Source: an uncultured virus (IMG/VR IMGVR_UViG_3300008111_000024) (lineage: Duplodnaviria > Heunggongvirae > Uroviricota > Caudoviricetes). Taken from it: 20,000 bases of DNA. Positions within the stretch are counted from its first letter, which is position 1, and each line of letters opens with the position of its first letter. The stretch lies in the IMG/VR virus record IMGVR_UViG_3300008111_000024; one strand, 5' to 3'. Of the stretch, positions 1 to 8,739 are shown piece after piece. The notes beneath the pieces are model-generated. The model was not told the origin of the DNA. It did no database searches and was given only the letters and a program-made list of their open reading frames with translations. The position numbers and the translations under genes were made by a program.

Positions 1-3
1 ACT

Positions 4-864
4 ATGGATAATAACACATTCCATATCAAATTTGTTTTATTCGCCCCCCAAAATGCGACAGGTAAAGATATTAAAGAATATCTTAAGAAAGAGAAGAACG
101 AAATTATTAGTTCAATCACTCACGAACTTAAACACAAATACGATGATTATAAAAAACCAAAAACTTCTTTAACCGCCCGTGGTGAATATAGTGCATACAA
201 TAATAGAGGGTTTGGGGATATTGACCCAATTAATAAGTTCCTTCACCATTTATATTTTACACATAGTATTGAAAATTTAGTTAGACCGTCTGAATTAGCA
301 GGTTCAATTCAATCGGGTGAGATTACTAAGAAAGATTTTTATAACTTCTTAATGGATAATAGAGTTTATAAAGAATTAAAAAAAATTCAAAATTTTACTT
401 ACGAAGGACTTAGAGAGGAATTAAGAGATTATTTAGATAAAATTAAATTTTTGTTTGATATGAACAATATTGAATACGAAGGATTGAGTGATGATGAAGT
501 TATAGATAGAACATTAGACTTAATTTTATTAAATCTAAAACATTGGAAAGCAGAAACTGTTCAGATGTTATTATCTGACAACCCATTTGAAATGTTTCTT
601 GGGTTTAGAGGTAAAAAAGACAAATACTTTAGAAAATATTTAAATAAAGTATCAAAATATGATGGAGATAGTAAACGTTATTTCAAATATGAAGAAAAAA
701 TGTTTAATATGATTGCAGATAAAATGATTAGAAAAATATCTAAATTATTTGCAATGGCTAAAGATGTTAAAACCGAATCTTTTAATAATCAGGAAATTTG
801 GTTAAGAGCAATAGGAATTCAGAATATGATTACAGAATCTACACAAACAAAAAAATCCTCTTAA
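4..864 (+). CDS. Putative zincin-like metallopeptidase-domain protein (may begin upstream of the window)
   Basis: 286-aa ORF with HExxH (ITHELKH) and a downstream Glu (HSIENLVRPSE); the frame is open back to position 1. Confidence 0.55.
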   Translation: MDNNTFHIKFVLFAPQNATGKDIKEYLKKEKNEIISSITHELKHKYDDYKKPKTSLTARGEYSAYNNRGFGDIDPINKFLHHLYFTHSIENLVRPSELAGSIQSGEITKKDFYNFLMDNRVYKELKKIQNFTYEGLREELRDYLDKIKFLFDMNNIEYEGLSDDEVIDRTLDLILLNLKHWKAETVQMLLSDNPFEMFLGFRGKKDKYFRKYLNKVSKYDGDSKRYFKYEEKMFNMIADKMIRKISKLFAMAKDVKTESFNNQEIWLRAIGIQNMITESTQTKKSS

Positions 865-877
865 AGAGGATTTTTTT
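849..877. terminator. Bidirectional intrinsic terminator
   Basis: AAAAAAATCCTC-TTAAA-GAGGATTTTTTT perfect stem with A/T tracts, between convergent genes. Confidence 0.8.
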
Positions 878-1063
878 TTAACTTAATAGTTTGTTTATAT
901 CATTCATAATCTTAATCTGTTGATTCTGTAACTTTTGAATTTCATTCAATTGTTCTTGATTCAACTCGAGACTTTCACCTTTAATAGATGAAATCTTATT
1001 TGATATTCGGGTATGTTGATTCAATAAATCACCATACATCTGAGCTTTTTGTTCGTTTGTCAT
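878..1063 (-). CDS. Small coiled-coil hypothetical protein (61 aa)
   Basis: ORF with ATG after an AT-rich leader; Q/N/L/I heptad pattern; ends at the terminator. Confidence 0.7.
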   Translation of the reverse strand: MTNEQKAQMYGDLLNQHTRISNKISSIKGESLELNQEQLNEIQKLQNQQIKIMNDINKLLS

Positions 1064-1161
1064 AATTTAATTATAATCGATTATTAATATTAGGAAACTT
1101 AATTTGTTTATTTTTTTAGTGGTATAATATTTAATAGTAAATAAAACTAATATAAAAAGAA

Positions 1162-1305
1162 ATGGCAAAGGCAAAAACTTCTCAAACCTCAACCAAAATC
1201 GAAAGACCTAAGGTTAGTCGTCCTGGTGTTCACTCAAAATCTAAAACCTCTAAATTAAAAAGTTCTAAAAATTATAAAAAGTTAAATAGGGGACAAGGTC
1301 GTTAA
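1162..1305 (+). CDS. Small highly basic protein ending RGQGR (47 aa; not in ORF track)
   Basis: MAKAKTSQTSTKIERPKVSRPGVHSKSKTSKLKSSKNYKKLNRGQGR*; A-rich leader and a terminator right after the stop; resembles small basic ...YRGQG(R/K) proteins of large phages (recalled, not searched). Confidence 0.75.
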   Translation: MAKAKTSQTSTKIERPKVSRPGVHSKSKTSKLKSSKNYKKLNRGQGR

Positions 1306-1338
1306 AAAATAAAACCCCTATTTTGGGGTTTTATTTTT
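1305..1338. terminator. Bidirectional intrinsic terminator
   Basis: 14-bp perfect stem AAAAATAAAACCCC-TATTTT-GGGGTTTTATTTTT between convergent genes. Confidence 0.8.
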
Positions 1339-1605
1339 GTTTTTAATTTCTTCTTTTAATATATTTCGAATTATTCGAGATAGACTATCTTCATCTAAAT
1401 TCTTAAGTGTGTTAAAATTATGTTTCAGTTTTATCTTCATCAAAGATATTACCGTTTCTAATTTTTTGTACTCCTGAGAGTCTGAACGTAATTGATATTT
1501 TCGAATAAAATCATTAACAAATGGAATTACATCTTGTAAATTCTGTAGGTTTTCACAAGATGTTATCTGTTTTATTAATAAAGCATATTCGATTCTTTTA
1601 TTCAT
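1318..1605 (-). CDS. Hypothetical protein (95 aa, start revised to MNKRIEY)
   Basis: ATG at 1605 lies 4 nt after the stop of the upstream gene; the longer start overlaps that gene. Confidence 0.7.
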   Translation of the reverse strand: MNKRIEYALLIKQITSCENLQNLQDVIPFVNDFIRKYQLRSDSQEYKKLETVISLMKIKLKHNFNTLKNLDEDSLSRIIRNILKEEIKNKNKTPK

Positions 1606-1609
1606 AATT

Positions 1610-2371
1610 TTATCCAAACATTGCGTCGTAAGTCTGAGTTCCAAAAATACCGTCAGGTTTTATTTCGGCATCTTCTTGGAATTTCTTAACCATATTTTTA
1701 GTTTTTACTCCGTAAATTCCATCACAACTATTTTCATCAGTTGCACAAGCTTGGATGTCATTTGTAAAGGTTTCACCAGTATATCCATTAGACGCTAAAA
1801 AGTTTTGAACCTTTTTAACCAAACCTCCTTTAGCACCTACCCCCATAATTTTATTATCGTCTGTTACGGCACTAAAATCAGTGTCAGTATCTGATACATA
1901 ACCTGGAGATGATTTAGTAACCCTATCCTCCCAAGTAAATGTAGGTTTAGACCCGTCCCAAGACCATTCACCATTAGTTCGTCTTGATTTCTTACAGTTA
2001 AATTTATACGCATCTTTATCATCATAAAGTTTCATAGAACAATCATTACCATTTGTGGCGGTGTCTTTAGTCTTTACTTGAATATAATCAAAAATTGTCC
2101 CTGAATGGTCTAGTGTACCTCCACTTACAAATTCCCAGTTTGCGTCAGTGTTACCTGAATAATAATTAACTATTTTACCGTAATCCGAATCATCAGGATT
2201 TTGAGTTGATGCTGAAGAACCGTTAGTTCCTGCAGAACCTGAAGTACCGCTAGTTCCTGAAGTACCGTTATTACCTCCAGGAAATGATTGTTCAGAAATT
2301 ACAACACCTTTTTTATACCCAAAAAGGTATTTCATCTTATTTAACTCCTCGTTTATTATTTCTTGTCCCAT
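1610..2371 (-). CDS. Peptidoglycan-binding-domain protein (PG_binding_1-like C-terminus) with N-terminal leader and G/T/S linker
   Basis: C-terminal GAKGGLVKKVQNFL...DGIYGVKTKNMVKKFQ...PDGIFGTQT matches the PG-binding motif; GTSGTSGTSG low-complexity linker; leader ends VISE|Q. Confidence 0.8.
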   Translation of the reverse strand: MGQEIINEELNKMKYLFGYKKGVVISEQSFPGGNNGTSGTSGTSGSAGTNGSSASTQNPDDSDYGKIVNYYSGNTDANWEFVSGGTLDHSGTIFDYIQVKTKDTATNGNDCSMKLYDDKDAYKFNCKKSRRTNGEWSWDGSKPTFTWEDRVTKSSPGYVSDTDTDFSAVTDDNKIMGVGAKGGLVKKVQNFLASNGYTGETFTNDIQACATDENSCDGIYGVKTKNMVKKFQEDAEIKPDGIFGTQTYDAMFG

Positions 2372-2432
2372 ATTAATAATATTTTATTAATAAATACTTG
2401 ATAAACGACAAAATATACAGACTAAACTACGA

Positions 2433-2807
2433 TTATCCTACAAGATATTCGTTTACATATGTGAAACCTGAGGACACAATAGGGGCATATCTTTGTATGT
2501 TGTTAATCATACCATTCTCATTCATATAGAAAAAAGTTATCTTATTACTAATATGAGGTATAAATTTATCCATACAATCATAAATCCCTTCCAAATCCAC
2601 GAATTTACCATTAACTAATTTGCGAACAGGACTAAAGTCTGCGGGATTATAAATTACATAACCCGAGTAATTAATTATTTCAACATTAAATCTCCACCTA
2701 TGTGGTAAATCGCACTCCCAATGACTATCAAATTGAGAATGTATTTTAAATTCTATGTCGGGATAGAATGTTCTTATAAATAGATTTATTGATTTTTCAA
2801 TTTCCAT
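2433..2807 (-). CDS. Hypothetical protein (124 aa, start revised to MEIEKS)
   Basis: ATG at 2807 is 3 nt downstream of a TATATTTG element; the longer start runs into a terminator. Confidence 0.7.
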   Translation of the reverse strand: MEIEKSINLFIRTFYPDIEFKIHSQFDSHWECDLPHRWRFNVEIINYSGYVIYNPADFSPVRKLVNGKFVDLEGIYDCMDKFIPHISNKITFFYMNENGMINNIQRYAPIVSSGFTYVNEYLVG

Positions 2808-2838
2808 ACCCAAATATAATAATTTTTTTTTAAAATAA

Positions 2839-2866
2839 AAAAACCCCACCGTATTAGAGTGGGGTT
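2839..2866 (-). terminator. Intrinsic terminator
   Basis: AACCCCAC-N9-GTGGGGTT stem followed by a U-tract on the minus strand. Confidence 0.75.
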
Positions 2867-2885
2867 AAAAGATTATTTAATATAA

Positions 2886-3059
2886 TTAAGCTTTGTTCTT
2901 GTCAACTACTGACCATACAAGACCAATTAATGATATTGCTGAACCAATAATCTCTTGGGATGTTGCATCATCAATAACACCCTTCATTATCAAGATACCA
3001 CCGACAAATGTTAAACCGTGTCTGATGATACCCATCACTTGTTCTTTTGTTAACTTCAT
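2886..3059 (-). CDS. Putative small two-TM holin-like protein (57 aa; not in ORF track)
   Basis: MKLTKEQVMGIIRHGLTFVGGILIMKGVIDDATSQEIIGSAISLIGLVWSVVDKNKA*; two hydrophobic helices and a basic tail; the IRH.LT..GG...KG...WS pattern recalls Pam3 gp28-like putative holins. Confidence 0.7.
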   Translation of the reverse strand: MKLTKEQVMGIIRHGLTFVGGILIMKGVIDDATSQEIIGSAISLIGLVWSVVDKNKA

Positions 3060-3142
3060 AGTTTTTTAGTTAAAAAGTTTATTACTCGAGTATTGATAAA
3101 TATTTCGTTTTGTTTGATAATCCTGTATTATTAGAATTAGGT

Positions 3143-3487
3143 ATGGAATCCGATATAAAAATATTTACAGATATTATTAAAAAAAAGTACCCAAAAACCA
3201 ATTTTGCATACGGTATTGGGGGTGTAAAATTCATTATTGTATATAGTGATGATAGTAACTGTAAAGAATTTTGTGAAAATATACGTGATTGGATGGGGAA
3301 ACCATTTAAAATCAGCTATGAGAGTGAAGAATCATATAATCAAATGATTTTTCGTAAAAAAAATAGAACTATTGAGTTATTTGACGTAGTAACTTCCGTT
3401 ATTAATTGGGTTGTAATGTTACCTATAAGTTTTTCAATATATTCTTATTATAGAATATCCAAATGGGTTAAAAAAACCCTAAAATAG
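3143..3487 (+). CDS. Hypothetical protein with C-terminal hydrophobic segment (114 aa from MESDIK)
   Basis: First ATG of the ORF; hydrophobic VINWVVMLPISFSIYSYY; convergent with the next gene. Confidence 0.6.
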   Translation: MESDIKIFTDIIKKKYPKTNFAYGIGGVKFIIVYSDDSNCKEFCENIRDWMGKPFKISYESEESYNQMIFRKKNRTIELFDVVTSVINWVVMLPISFSIYSYYRISKWVKKTLK

Positions 3488-3488
3488 G

Positions 3489-3818
3489 TCATTTATAGTT
3501 GTCAGGAATGTCTAAGTCCTTATCTGAGGGTAAAAGATTAACCCCGACCTTTTTAAGTGCAATTAAGACGGTAAAAATTGGTAGTGGGATTGGTAAAGTT
3601 GCAATTAATGCTAAAATTTTCGCCAAATCTTTAGAATGTTCCTTTAAAAATTTAATTTCGTCAGGTTGGACCTTAGTTTTTTCAATACCAAGGTAATAAA
3701 ACATCATTTTAGTAAGGATTTGGAAGGTAATTTTGGTTTCTTTAGATTCTCTTACGAGATTTTTCTTAAATTCGTCAACCCACTCTCGAATTTTTGACTC
3801 TAATACTACAAATTTCAT
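3489..3818 (-). CDS. Leader-bearing (MKFVVLE) membrane-associated protein, weak LETM1-like resemblance
   Basis: DLAKILALIATLPIPLPIFTVLIAL...LLPS hydrophobic hairpin; coupled to the upstream gene by TAA-T-ATG. Confidence 0.65.
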   Translation of the reverse strand: MKFVVLESKIREWVDEFKKNLVRESKETKITFQILTKMMFYYLGIEKTKVQPDEIKFLKEHSKDLAKILALIATLPIPLPIFTVLIALKKVGVNLLPSDKDLDIPDNYK

Positions 3819-3819
3819 A

Positions 3820-4680
3820 TTAATTTCTCTCGGCAGATATGACGTGCTTATTGTACCCCTTTCCTGTTAAGAGTTCATCAATTTTAGGCATTAAATCTCT
3901 AGTTGCGTTCCATCCTGCGTTTGATTTCATAACTAATTTTAGTCTAATACGGTAATCATCCACATCAACTTTAATTGAGTGTATTTGAGAACCACCAGGA
4001 AGAGATTTAATCTCTTTTTTTACTTGTTTATTCAATACTTTATTAACCCAATCTTCAACTCCAACCATAGTAGGGCGACTAGAATGGTATAATTTTAATT
4101 GTCCGTGGGCTGGATTACCATAATCAACCCCTAAAAAGTTTTCAAAACTATTTCTAATATTTCTTGAGATGTTTTTAATATTACGAAGTTGGTCATCATC
4201 AATATTACTCATTAAAAACTTAGGAAAATCAATTTCTGTGTACATATTAACGTCATATGGATGAGGTTCCTCCATTTTAACTTTAATATAATCAGGTAAA
4301 TCTAAATTTTTGATAATTAAATCGATACCTTTTTTAAATTTTTCTGTAAAATTATTCTTTTTAACTAAAGTTGGTAAATTATGTAGTTTATTTTGAACAA
4401 AACCTCTACCAATATCGGATAATCTTTTGGCAATACCACCATACGAACGACTATTAATATTATAATCCTTACAAAAATCGTCTATATATGTTTTAACTAG
4501 TAAAGACATAGGGTATTCACTAACTTCATCCCCGTGATTTTTCCTAATCCAAGGTCTAAATTTAGAAAAGAATACCTCAATAAAATCTTCATCAGAATAA
4601 TCGTTAATATTAATGTTTTCTTTAACAATATTAACAATGTTTTCTAATTCACTTTCACTAATTTTTATTTTTTTGTTCAT
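3820..4680 (-). CDS. Leader-bearing (MNKKIKISESEL) hypothetical protein, 286 aa
   Basis: Long ORF; TATTTAT 4 nt upstream of ATG. Confidence 0.8.
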   Translation of the reverse strand: MNKKIKISESELENIVNIVKENININDYSDEDFIEVFFSKFRPWIRKNHGDEVSEYPMSLLVKTYIDDFCKDYNINSRSYGGIAKRLSDIGRGFVQNKLHNLPTLVKKNNFTEKFKKGIDLIIKNLDLPDYIKVKMEEPHPYDVNMYTEIDFPKFLMSNIDDDQLRNIKNISRNIRNSFENFLGVDYGNPAHGQLKLYHSSRPTMVGVEDWVNKVLNKQVKKEIKSLPGGSQIHSIKVDVDDYRIRLKLVMKSNAGWNATRDLMPKIDELLTGKGYNKHVISAERN

Positions 4681-4694
4681 TTTTATAAATATTA

Positions 4695-5081
4695 TTATGC
4701 ACCGAAAGAAAATGTCTGATAACTTAAAATTTTACCCTTAATTTGAGGTCTAATCCAATTAATTACCAAATTTAACGCATCTTCTTTAGAAACTCCCAAT
4801 AAACCTGAAAAACTTGTAATCATTTTTTCATTCACGTTAATTAAATTACCCTCACGTCCTTTCATAATCACACTAATCATTCTTTCATCATTAGGTCCAT
4901 CCCATTGTGTAAGATTACCCCATCCGTGAAACCTTTCAGTATAGGTTTTTTTCAATCCTGACAAATATGAATTAACGTATTTTTCTCTAATAGTATCAAC
5001 CAATGATTTTGGTACATCTTTTCTACCAAATAATGATTTGATTAATTTAACTAAACGGCTTTCACTGATACTATATTGCAT
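4695..5081 (-). CDS. MKYIITE-family protein (MQYSISE variant)
   Basis: Leader plus family C-terminal pattern (FSGLLGVSKEDALNLVINWI). Confidence 0.75.
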   Translation of the reverse strand: MQYSISESRLVKLIKSLFGRKDVPKSLVDTIREKYVNSYLSGLKKTYTERFHGWGNLTQWDGPNDERMISVIMKGREGNLINVNEKMITSFSGLLGVSKEDALNLVINWIRPQIKGKILSYQTFSFGA

Positions 5082-5082
5082 T

Positions 5083-5460
5083 TTAGTTTACTGTATATTC
5101 TACTTTTCCTTTACAATATTCAGTTTTGTTAAGGTGAAATTTATCTATCATAATATAGTTATAATGTTCAAATATATTACTGTCGGTGAATATTGCCCTA
5201 AAGGCGTTTGTTATGAAAGATGATGCGTCTATTCCAATATCGGTCATATTATCAATATCAAATCTATTAAAATCAACACACATAATAAGTTCCAATGAGG
5301 GATATCCCCAAGATTGTCTTTCAGGTAAAAATAATTTATTAAAACTTTCCTCCGTAATTTCGAAATATTCCAAATTAGGGTATCTTTTTTTAATAGTATT
5401 AAAGACCAACTTGTTAAACAAGTGGTAATCGTTCATTACTTTATCTGAAATCCATTCCAT
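5083..5460 (-). CDS. Hypothetical protein (125 aa, start revised to MEWISD)
   Basis: TAA-T-ATG coupling to the upstream gene at 5464-5458. Confidence 0.7.
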   Translation of the reverse strand: MEWISDKVMNDYHLFNKLVFNTIKKRYPNLEYFEITEESFNKLFLPERQSWGYPSLELIMCVDFNRFDIDNMTDIGIDASSFITNAFRAIFTDSNIFEHYNYIMIDKFHLNKTEYCKGKVEYTVN

Positions 5461-5461
5461 A

Positions 5462-5782
5462 TTATTCAAGTATAACTTCGTTAAGGTGAAAGACAATTGT
5501 CGGAAAAATATCGTTCATCATATATTGTAACTCCGCCATTGTGTTATCGTAGTCTTCTCTTTCTTTATTTTGATAGATATTCAAATACACAACCAAACGA
5601 GAATAAGTTACTATTCGGTCAATAACTATTTTATCGATAGAGTCAATCTCATCCAATTCATCCATCTCTCCCAATCCCCATTCTTCAGATTGTTCACGAA
5701 TAGAATTAAGGGAGTAGTCGATAAATGTTTGAATATTATTCTTCAGAGATTCAACTTGTTCAGATGTTACAACATACTTCAT
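5462..5782 (-). CDS. MKYIITE-like leader protein (MKYVVTSEQ), acidic, 106 aa
   Basis: Start revised to ATG at 5782, 4 nt after TATTTAT (5787-5793). Confidence 0.75.
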   Translation of the reverse strand: MKYVVTSEQVESLKNNIQTFIDYSLNSIREQSEEWGLGEMDELDEIDSIDKIVIDRIVTYSRLVVYLNIYQNKEREDYDNTMAELQYMMNDIFPTIVFHLNEVILE

Positions 5783-5803
5783 ACTGATAAATACTTGGGA
5801 AAT

Positions 5804-5831
5804 AAAAAACCCCACTCAAAGAATGGGGTTT
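5804..5831 (-). terminator. Intrinsic terminator, copy 1 of a 28-bp exact repeat
   Basis: Minus strand CCCCAUUC-UUU-GAGUGGGG-UUUUUU; the G-U wobble forms only on the minus-strand RNA. Confidence 0.8.
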
Positions 5832-5853
5832 GTAAGTTTTTTTAATTTAATTA

Positions 5854-6789
5854 TTAGTTTAACATAATACTAATACTATCACCAACAATGTTAGCAACAC
5901 TTCTTCCACCAACACTTGTTTTTGCCGCTCTGTTTAAACAAGCCGCAATTTGTTTTCTTTCTTGGGAATCATCATCATAAGTTGTAAGTCCCGCAGTGAT
6001 TGTCTGATTAATAAATGCCTGTAATCCACCGTAGTCTCTTAACTCGTAATCTAAGTCTTTAATATCAGATAGAGTTTGTAATGCACAAATTGCTTTAGCA
6101 ATACCTTCTTCATCAGGATTAAAGTTCATACCTCTAGCGATTTTCATTAAATCCTCAACATCTCCAATTCCTGATTTATCCAAACCTTTTTCTCTTAAGT
6201 TATTGATTGTAACATATACAAATCTTTCTTCATCTAAAGGTTTAACACGACTTCTGTCGTATAAGTTAGCATCCACAGATGTCGGAGTGTAATTATAATC
6301 CGAATTTGTTGTAAGGAATTTTCTAATTATCTCATCATTGTAACCCATTTCAACCATTAACGCTCTTGCAACTGCAACTACCTCAGCAATTCTTTTTTGA
6401 GCAACCGCATCGTTCGCACTTGAACTACCTCCGCTTGTGGTACCTGCACCAACTATAATGAATTTAGGTATTTTATTATCTTTATAATACTTCTCAATAA
6501 CTTTTTTAGATTCAGCTAAAGTAGGTCTTAAAAATTCTTTAATACTCTCAATAATATGGGTAGGTAGTTTAGATTGTCCTTCTTTAGGGAAGAATACCTT
6601 AGCAGTTCTTGAACCCATCATAACTGGTTCAGGTGCAAGAGCAGCTTCACTAACCAATGTTTTTACATCACCCAATTTAGAGTTGATTAATTTAGAGAAG
6701 TTTTCAACCATAACTTTCATACCACCTGTATGTTGTTCACGTATACTGTTCTTCTCTTGTTCTGATAAATTATTTAATAAATGTTTCAT
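5854..6789 (-). CDS. Leader-bearing protein (311 aa from MKHLLNNLSE) with degenerate OmpA-like domain
   Basis: FIIVGAGTTSGGSSSANDAVAQKRIAEV...RFVYVTI parallels the OmpA C-terminal motif; leader ends LVSE|A; TATTTAT 17 nt upstream. Confidence 0.65.
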   Translation of the reverse strand: MKHLLNNLSEQEKNSIREQHTGGMKVMVENFSKLINSKLGDVKTLVSEAALAPEPVMMGSRTAKVFFPKEGQSKLPTHIIESIKEFLRPTLAESKKVIEKYYKDNKIPKFIIVGAGTTSGGSSSANDAVAQKRIAEVVAVARALMVEMGYNDEIIRKFLTTNSDYNYTPTSVDANLYDRSRVKPLDEERFVYVTINNLREKGLDKSGIGDVEDLMKIARGMNFNPDEEGIAKAICALQTLSDIKDLDYELRDYGGLQAFINQTITAGLTTYDDDSQERKQIAACLNRAAKTSVGGRSVANIVGDSISIMLN

Positions 6790-6824
6790 ATTATTTTCGT
6801 TTACTAATAAATACCTCAAAAAAC

Positions 6825-6852
6825 AAAAAACCCCACTCAAAGAATGGGGTTT
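6825..6852 (-). terminator. Intrinsic terminator, copy 2 of the 28-bp exact repeat
   Basis: AAAAAACCCCACTCAAAGAATGGGGTTT identical to 5804-5831. Confidence 0.8.
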
Positions 6853-6870
6853 TAAATTATATTAATTGGT

Positions 6871-7563
6871 TTATTTTTCTTTTTTCTGAAGTTCTTTACT
6901 ATAGTCAGCAACAGGAACAGGTGTTCCAACAGGATAAGGGAAACCAACTTTAGCTGCCGTTACTGAAGTCTGTCCGTTTTTAACAGGAATTGCTTTACGT
7001 AATGGAACTGCCGCCTCGTTAAGTGGTCCGTATACTTTTGCCAACACAATACCTGTAGATGTTGTATCGAAAACCACACCTGGCATCGCAAACATATTAC
7101 TCTCACTTGTACTTGGAGAATCCAAATCAATCACAAACGCTCTATTAACAGGTGCCATCATTTCCCATTCTTTAGTTGATGGGTTAAATTGTGGAATTGT
7201 AGTTGAAGAATCGTAGTACCAAAATAATGACCATACAGTTTTATCGGTTCCGTCAGGACTTTGGAAGTTTTCATTTACATTAAACTTACCGTAAGTTCCA
7301 CTCACACCTTCCATTGCCAAGTTAGACAAAGATGGTCCTGATAATACGGGACAGATTGCACATCCTTCATCATACTCAACACCTTGTACGATAATCTTTC
7401 TTCCTGTAGGAACGGCAGCTGACGCTCCACAAAAAGCGAAAGACCCTTCGTGTACCTTAACGATTTTATCAGATTTAATATCTTCTACTGTTTCTGTTTT
7501 TGGGGTTGTATTACAACTAAACAACATAGTAGCCGTAACAATACTCAATAATAGTTTTTTCAT
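6871..7563 (-). CDS. Predicted lipoprotein (230 aa)
   Basis: MKKLLLSIVTATMLFS|C signal peptide II with lipobox Cys; three further Cys. Confidence 0.8.
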   Translation of the reverse strand: MKKLLLSIVTATMLFSCNTTPKTETVEDIKSDKIVKVHEGSFAFCGASAAVPTGRKIIVQGVEYDEGCAICPVLSGPSLSNLAMEGVSGTYGKFNVNENFQSPDGTDKTVWSLFWYYDSSTTIPQFNPSTKEWEMMAPVNRAFVIDLDSPSTSESNMFAMPGVVFDTTSTGIVLAKVYGPLNEAAVPLRKAIPVKNGQTSVTAAKVGFPYPVGTPVPVADYSKELQKKEK

Positions 7564-7608
7564 AAAATTTTGTTTTAAAAATAAATAGTTTAGATAATCA
7601 AAAACATT

Positions 7609-7683
7609 TTAGGCAAATAATAGGTATCCAAGAGCGATTCCTGCCAAAGTATGTAAGACTCTGTAATAAATTTCTGTTTTCAT
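7609..7683 (-). CDS. 24-aa hydrophobic peptide (not in ORF track)
   Basis: MKTEIYYRVLHTLAGIALGYLLFA*; starts 8 nt after the upstream stop. Confidence 0.5.
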   Translation of the reverse strand: MKTEIYYRVLHTLAGIALGYLLFA

Positions 7684-7691
7684 AATAAAGA

Positions 7692-7850
7692 TTATTTCAT
7701 TTGTATGGTTAACGTATCTCCGACATTATACTTAACACCACTATAGAGTTTACCCACCTCATTAGTTGCCAAGTTCTTTGCCTCATAAACATAAGTTCCC
7801 TCTTTTTCGGAACCACAACAAATTACGATTAATAATAATAAAGTTTTCAT
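7692..7850 (-). CDS. 52-aa small protein with hydrophobic N-terminus (not in ORF track)
   Basis: MKTLLLLIVICCGSEKEGTYVYEAKNLATNEVGKLYSGVKYNVGDTLTIQMK*; ATG 5 nt after TATCTTTG. Confidence 0.6.
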   Translation of the reverse strand: MKTLLLLIVICCGSEKEGTYVYEAKNLATNEVGKLYSGVKYNVGDTLTIQMK

Positions 7851-7855
7851 ATACA

Positions 7856-7887
7856 CAAAGATAATATTATTAATTTAAAAAACCAAC
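7856..7887 (-). promoter_or_regulatory. Bacteroidota primary-sigma promoter
   Basis: GTTG-N20-TATCTTTG on the minus strand. Confidence 0.7.
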
Positions 7888-8068
7888 CCTTTTTTTTAGA
7901 TGACAATAAAATAGTTTACTATAAACACTATACTATAAACCAATAATACCCGAAGGGGTTCGGTCGGTCGGAAAAATCGGGGGGTAGGGGGGAACCGAAA
8001 AAAACCCGACGAAGTCGGTGAACGGTTACTGGCCCACAATCAAAAGTATGAAAATAATCTCCCAAAAT

Positions 8069-8094
8069 AAAAAACCCCCACTAAAGAGTGAGGG
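8069..8094 (-). terminator. Intrinsic terminator
   Basis: CCCTCACT-CTTT-AGTGGGGG-TTTTTT on the minus strand, just after the 8101 stop. Confidence 0.7.
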
Positions 8095-8100
8095 AATTTA

Positions 8101-8736
8101 TTAATCACACTGGCAAGTTCCGTCCCCACCATTATCGGGGTGACAAGCGCAAAGATTAGGGTTGTATCTAAAAATGGGTTCCTCTTTAAAGATATAGACC
8201 TCAGAAGATTTACCCATACTATCCAAGTGGTCATACACCTCAAGGTCGTCACCCTTAAATAAGAATGATTCAATAACTTCCCAAAAACCCTCGGGTGTAT
8301 CAACAGTTGTGTGAGTAAAAGAGAAGTCCTCAACCTGGGGAACCTCATCTGATTCAAAATCGTAACTGCAGTATCCACCTTTGTTCTCATCCATAGTAAA
8401 GAACACATCGGCATTCTCGGTGGGATAAACCTCATAAGGGTCAAGGTCGATATCCAATGGTTCAATATCTTCAATACCGAACTTTAGTACAATCTCCCCA
8501 GCTGAGTCAATAACTTCAAAATGAGCGGTACCATTATGTAATGGTTTATTGATGTGTAATAAATCACCATCCCAAATGTCGAAGTCCATTTCATCATCTA
8601 TATCAAAACGAATCTCCCACAACTCATCGACCTGACGGTCTTCCTTGAGGGATTCAATTTGATTAGTTTGTTCTTTTGTGAGGGACTTCCCAATGAACTC
8701 CCCGCTCCACCCGTAAGTATTTAATGTGTATTTCAT
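8101..8736 (-). CDS. Acidic hypothetical protein with C-terminal Cys-rich tail
   Basis: 211-aa ORF; tail CACHPDNGGDGTCQCD. Confidence 0.8.
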   Translation of the reverse strand: MKYTLNTYGWSGEFIGKSLTKEQTNQIESLKEDRQVDELWEIRFDIDDEMDFDIWDGDLLHINKPLHNGTAHFEVIDSAGEIVLKFGIEDIEPLDIDLDPYEVYPTENADVFFTMDENKGGYCSYDFESDEVPQVEDFSFTHTTVDTPEGFWEVIESFLFKGDDLEVYDHLDSMGKSSEVYIFKEEPIFRYNPNLCACHPDNGGDGTCQCD

Positions 8737-8739
8737 AGT

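Noticed and set aside
8101..8736. Membership of the MKYIITE family based on its MKYTL start
   Set aside because: No [ILV]xE in the first residues, no family C-terminal motif, and it lies in a host-promoter operon.
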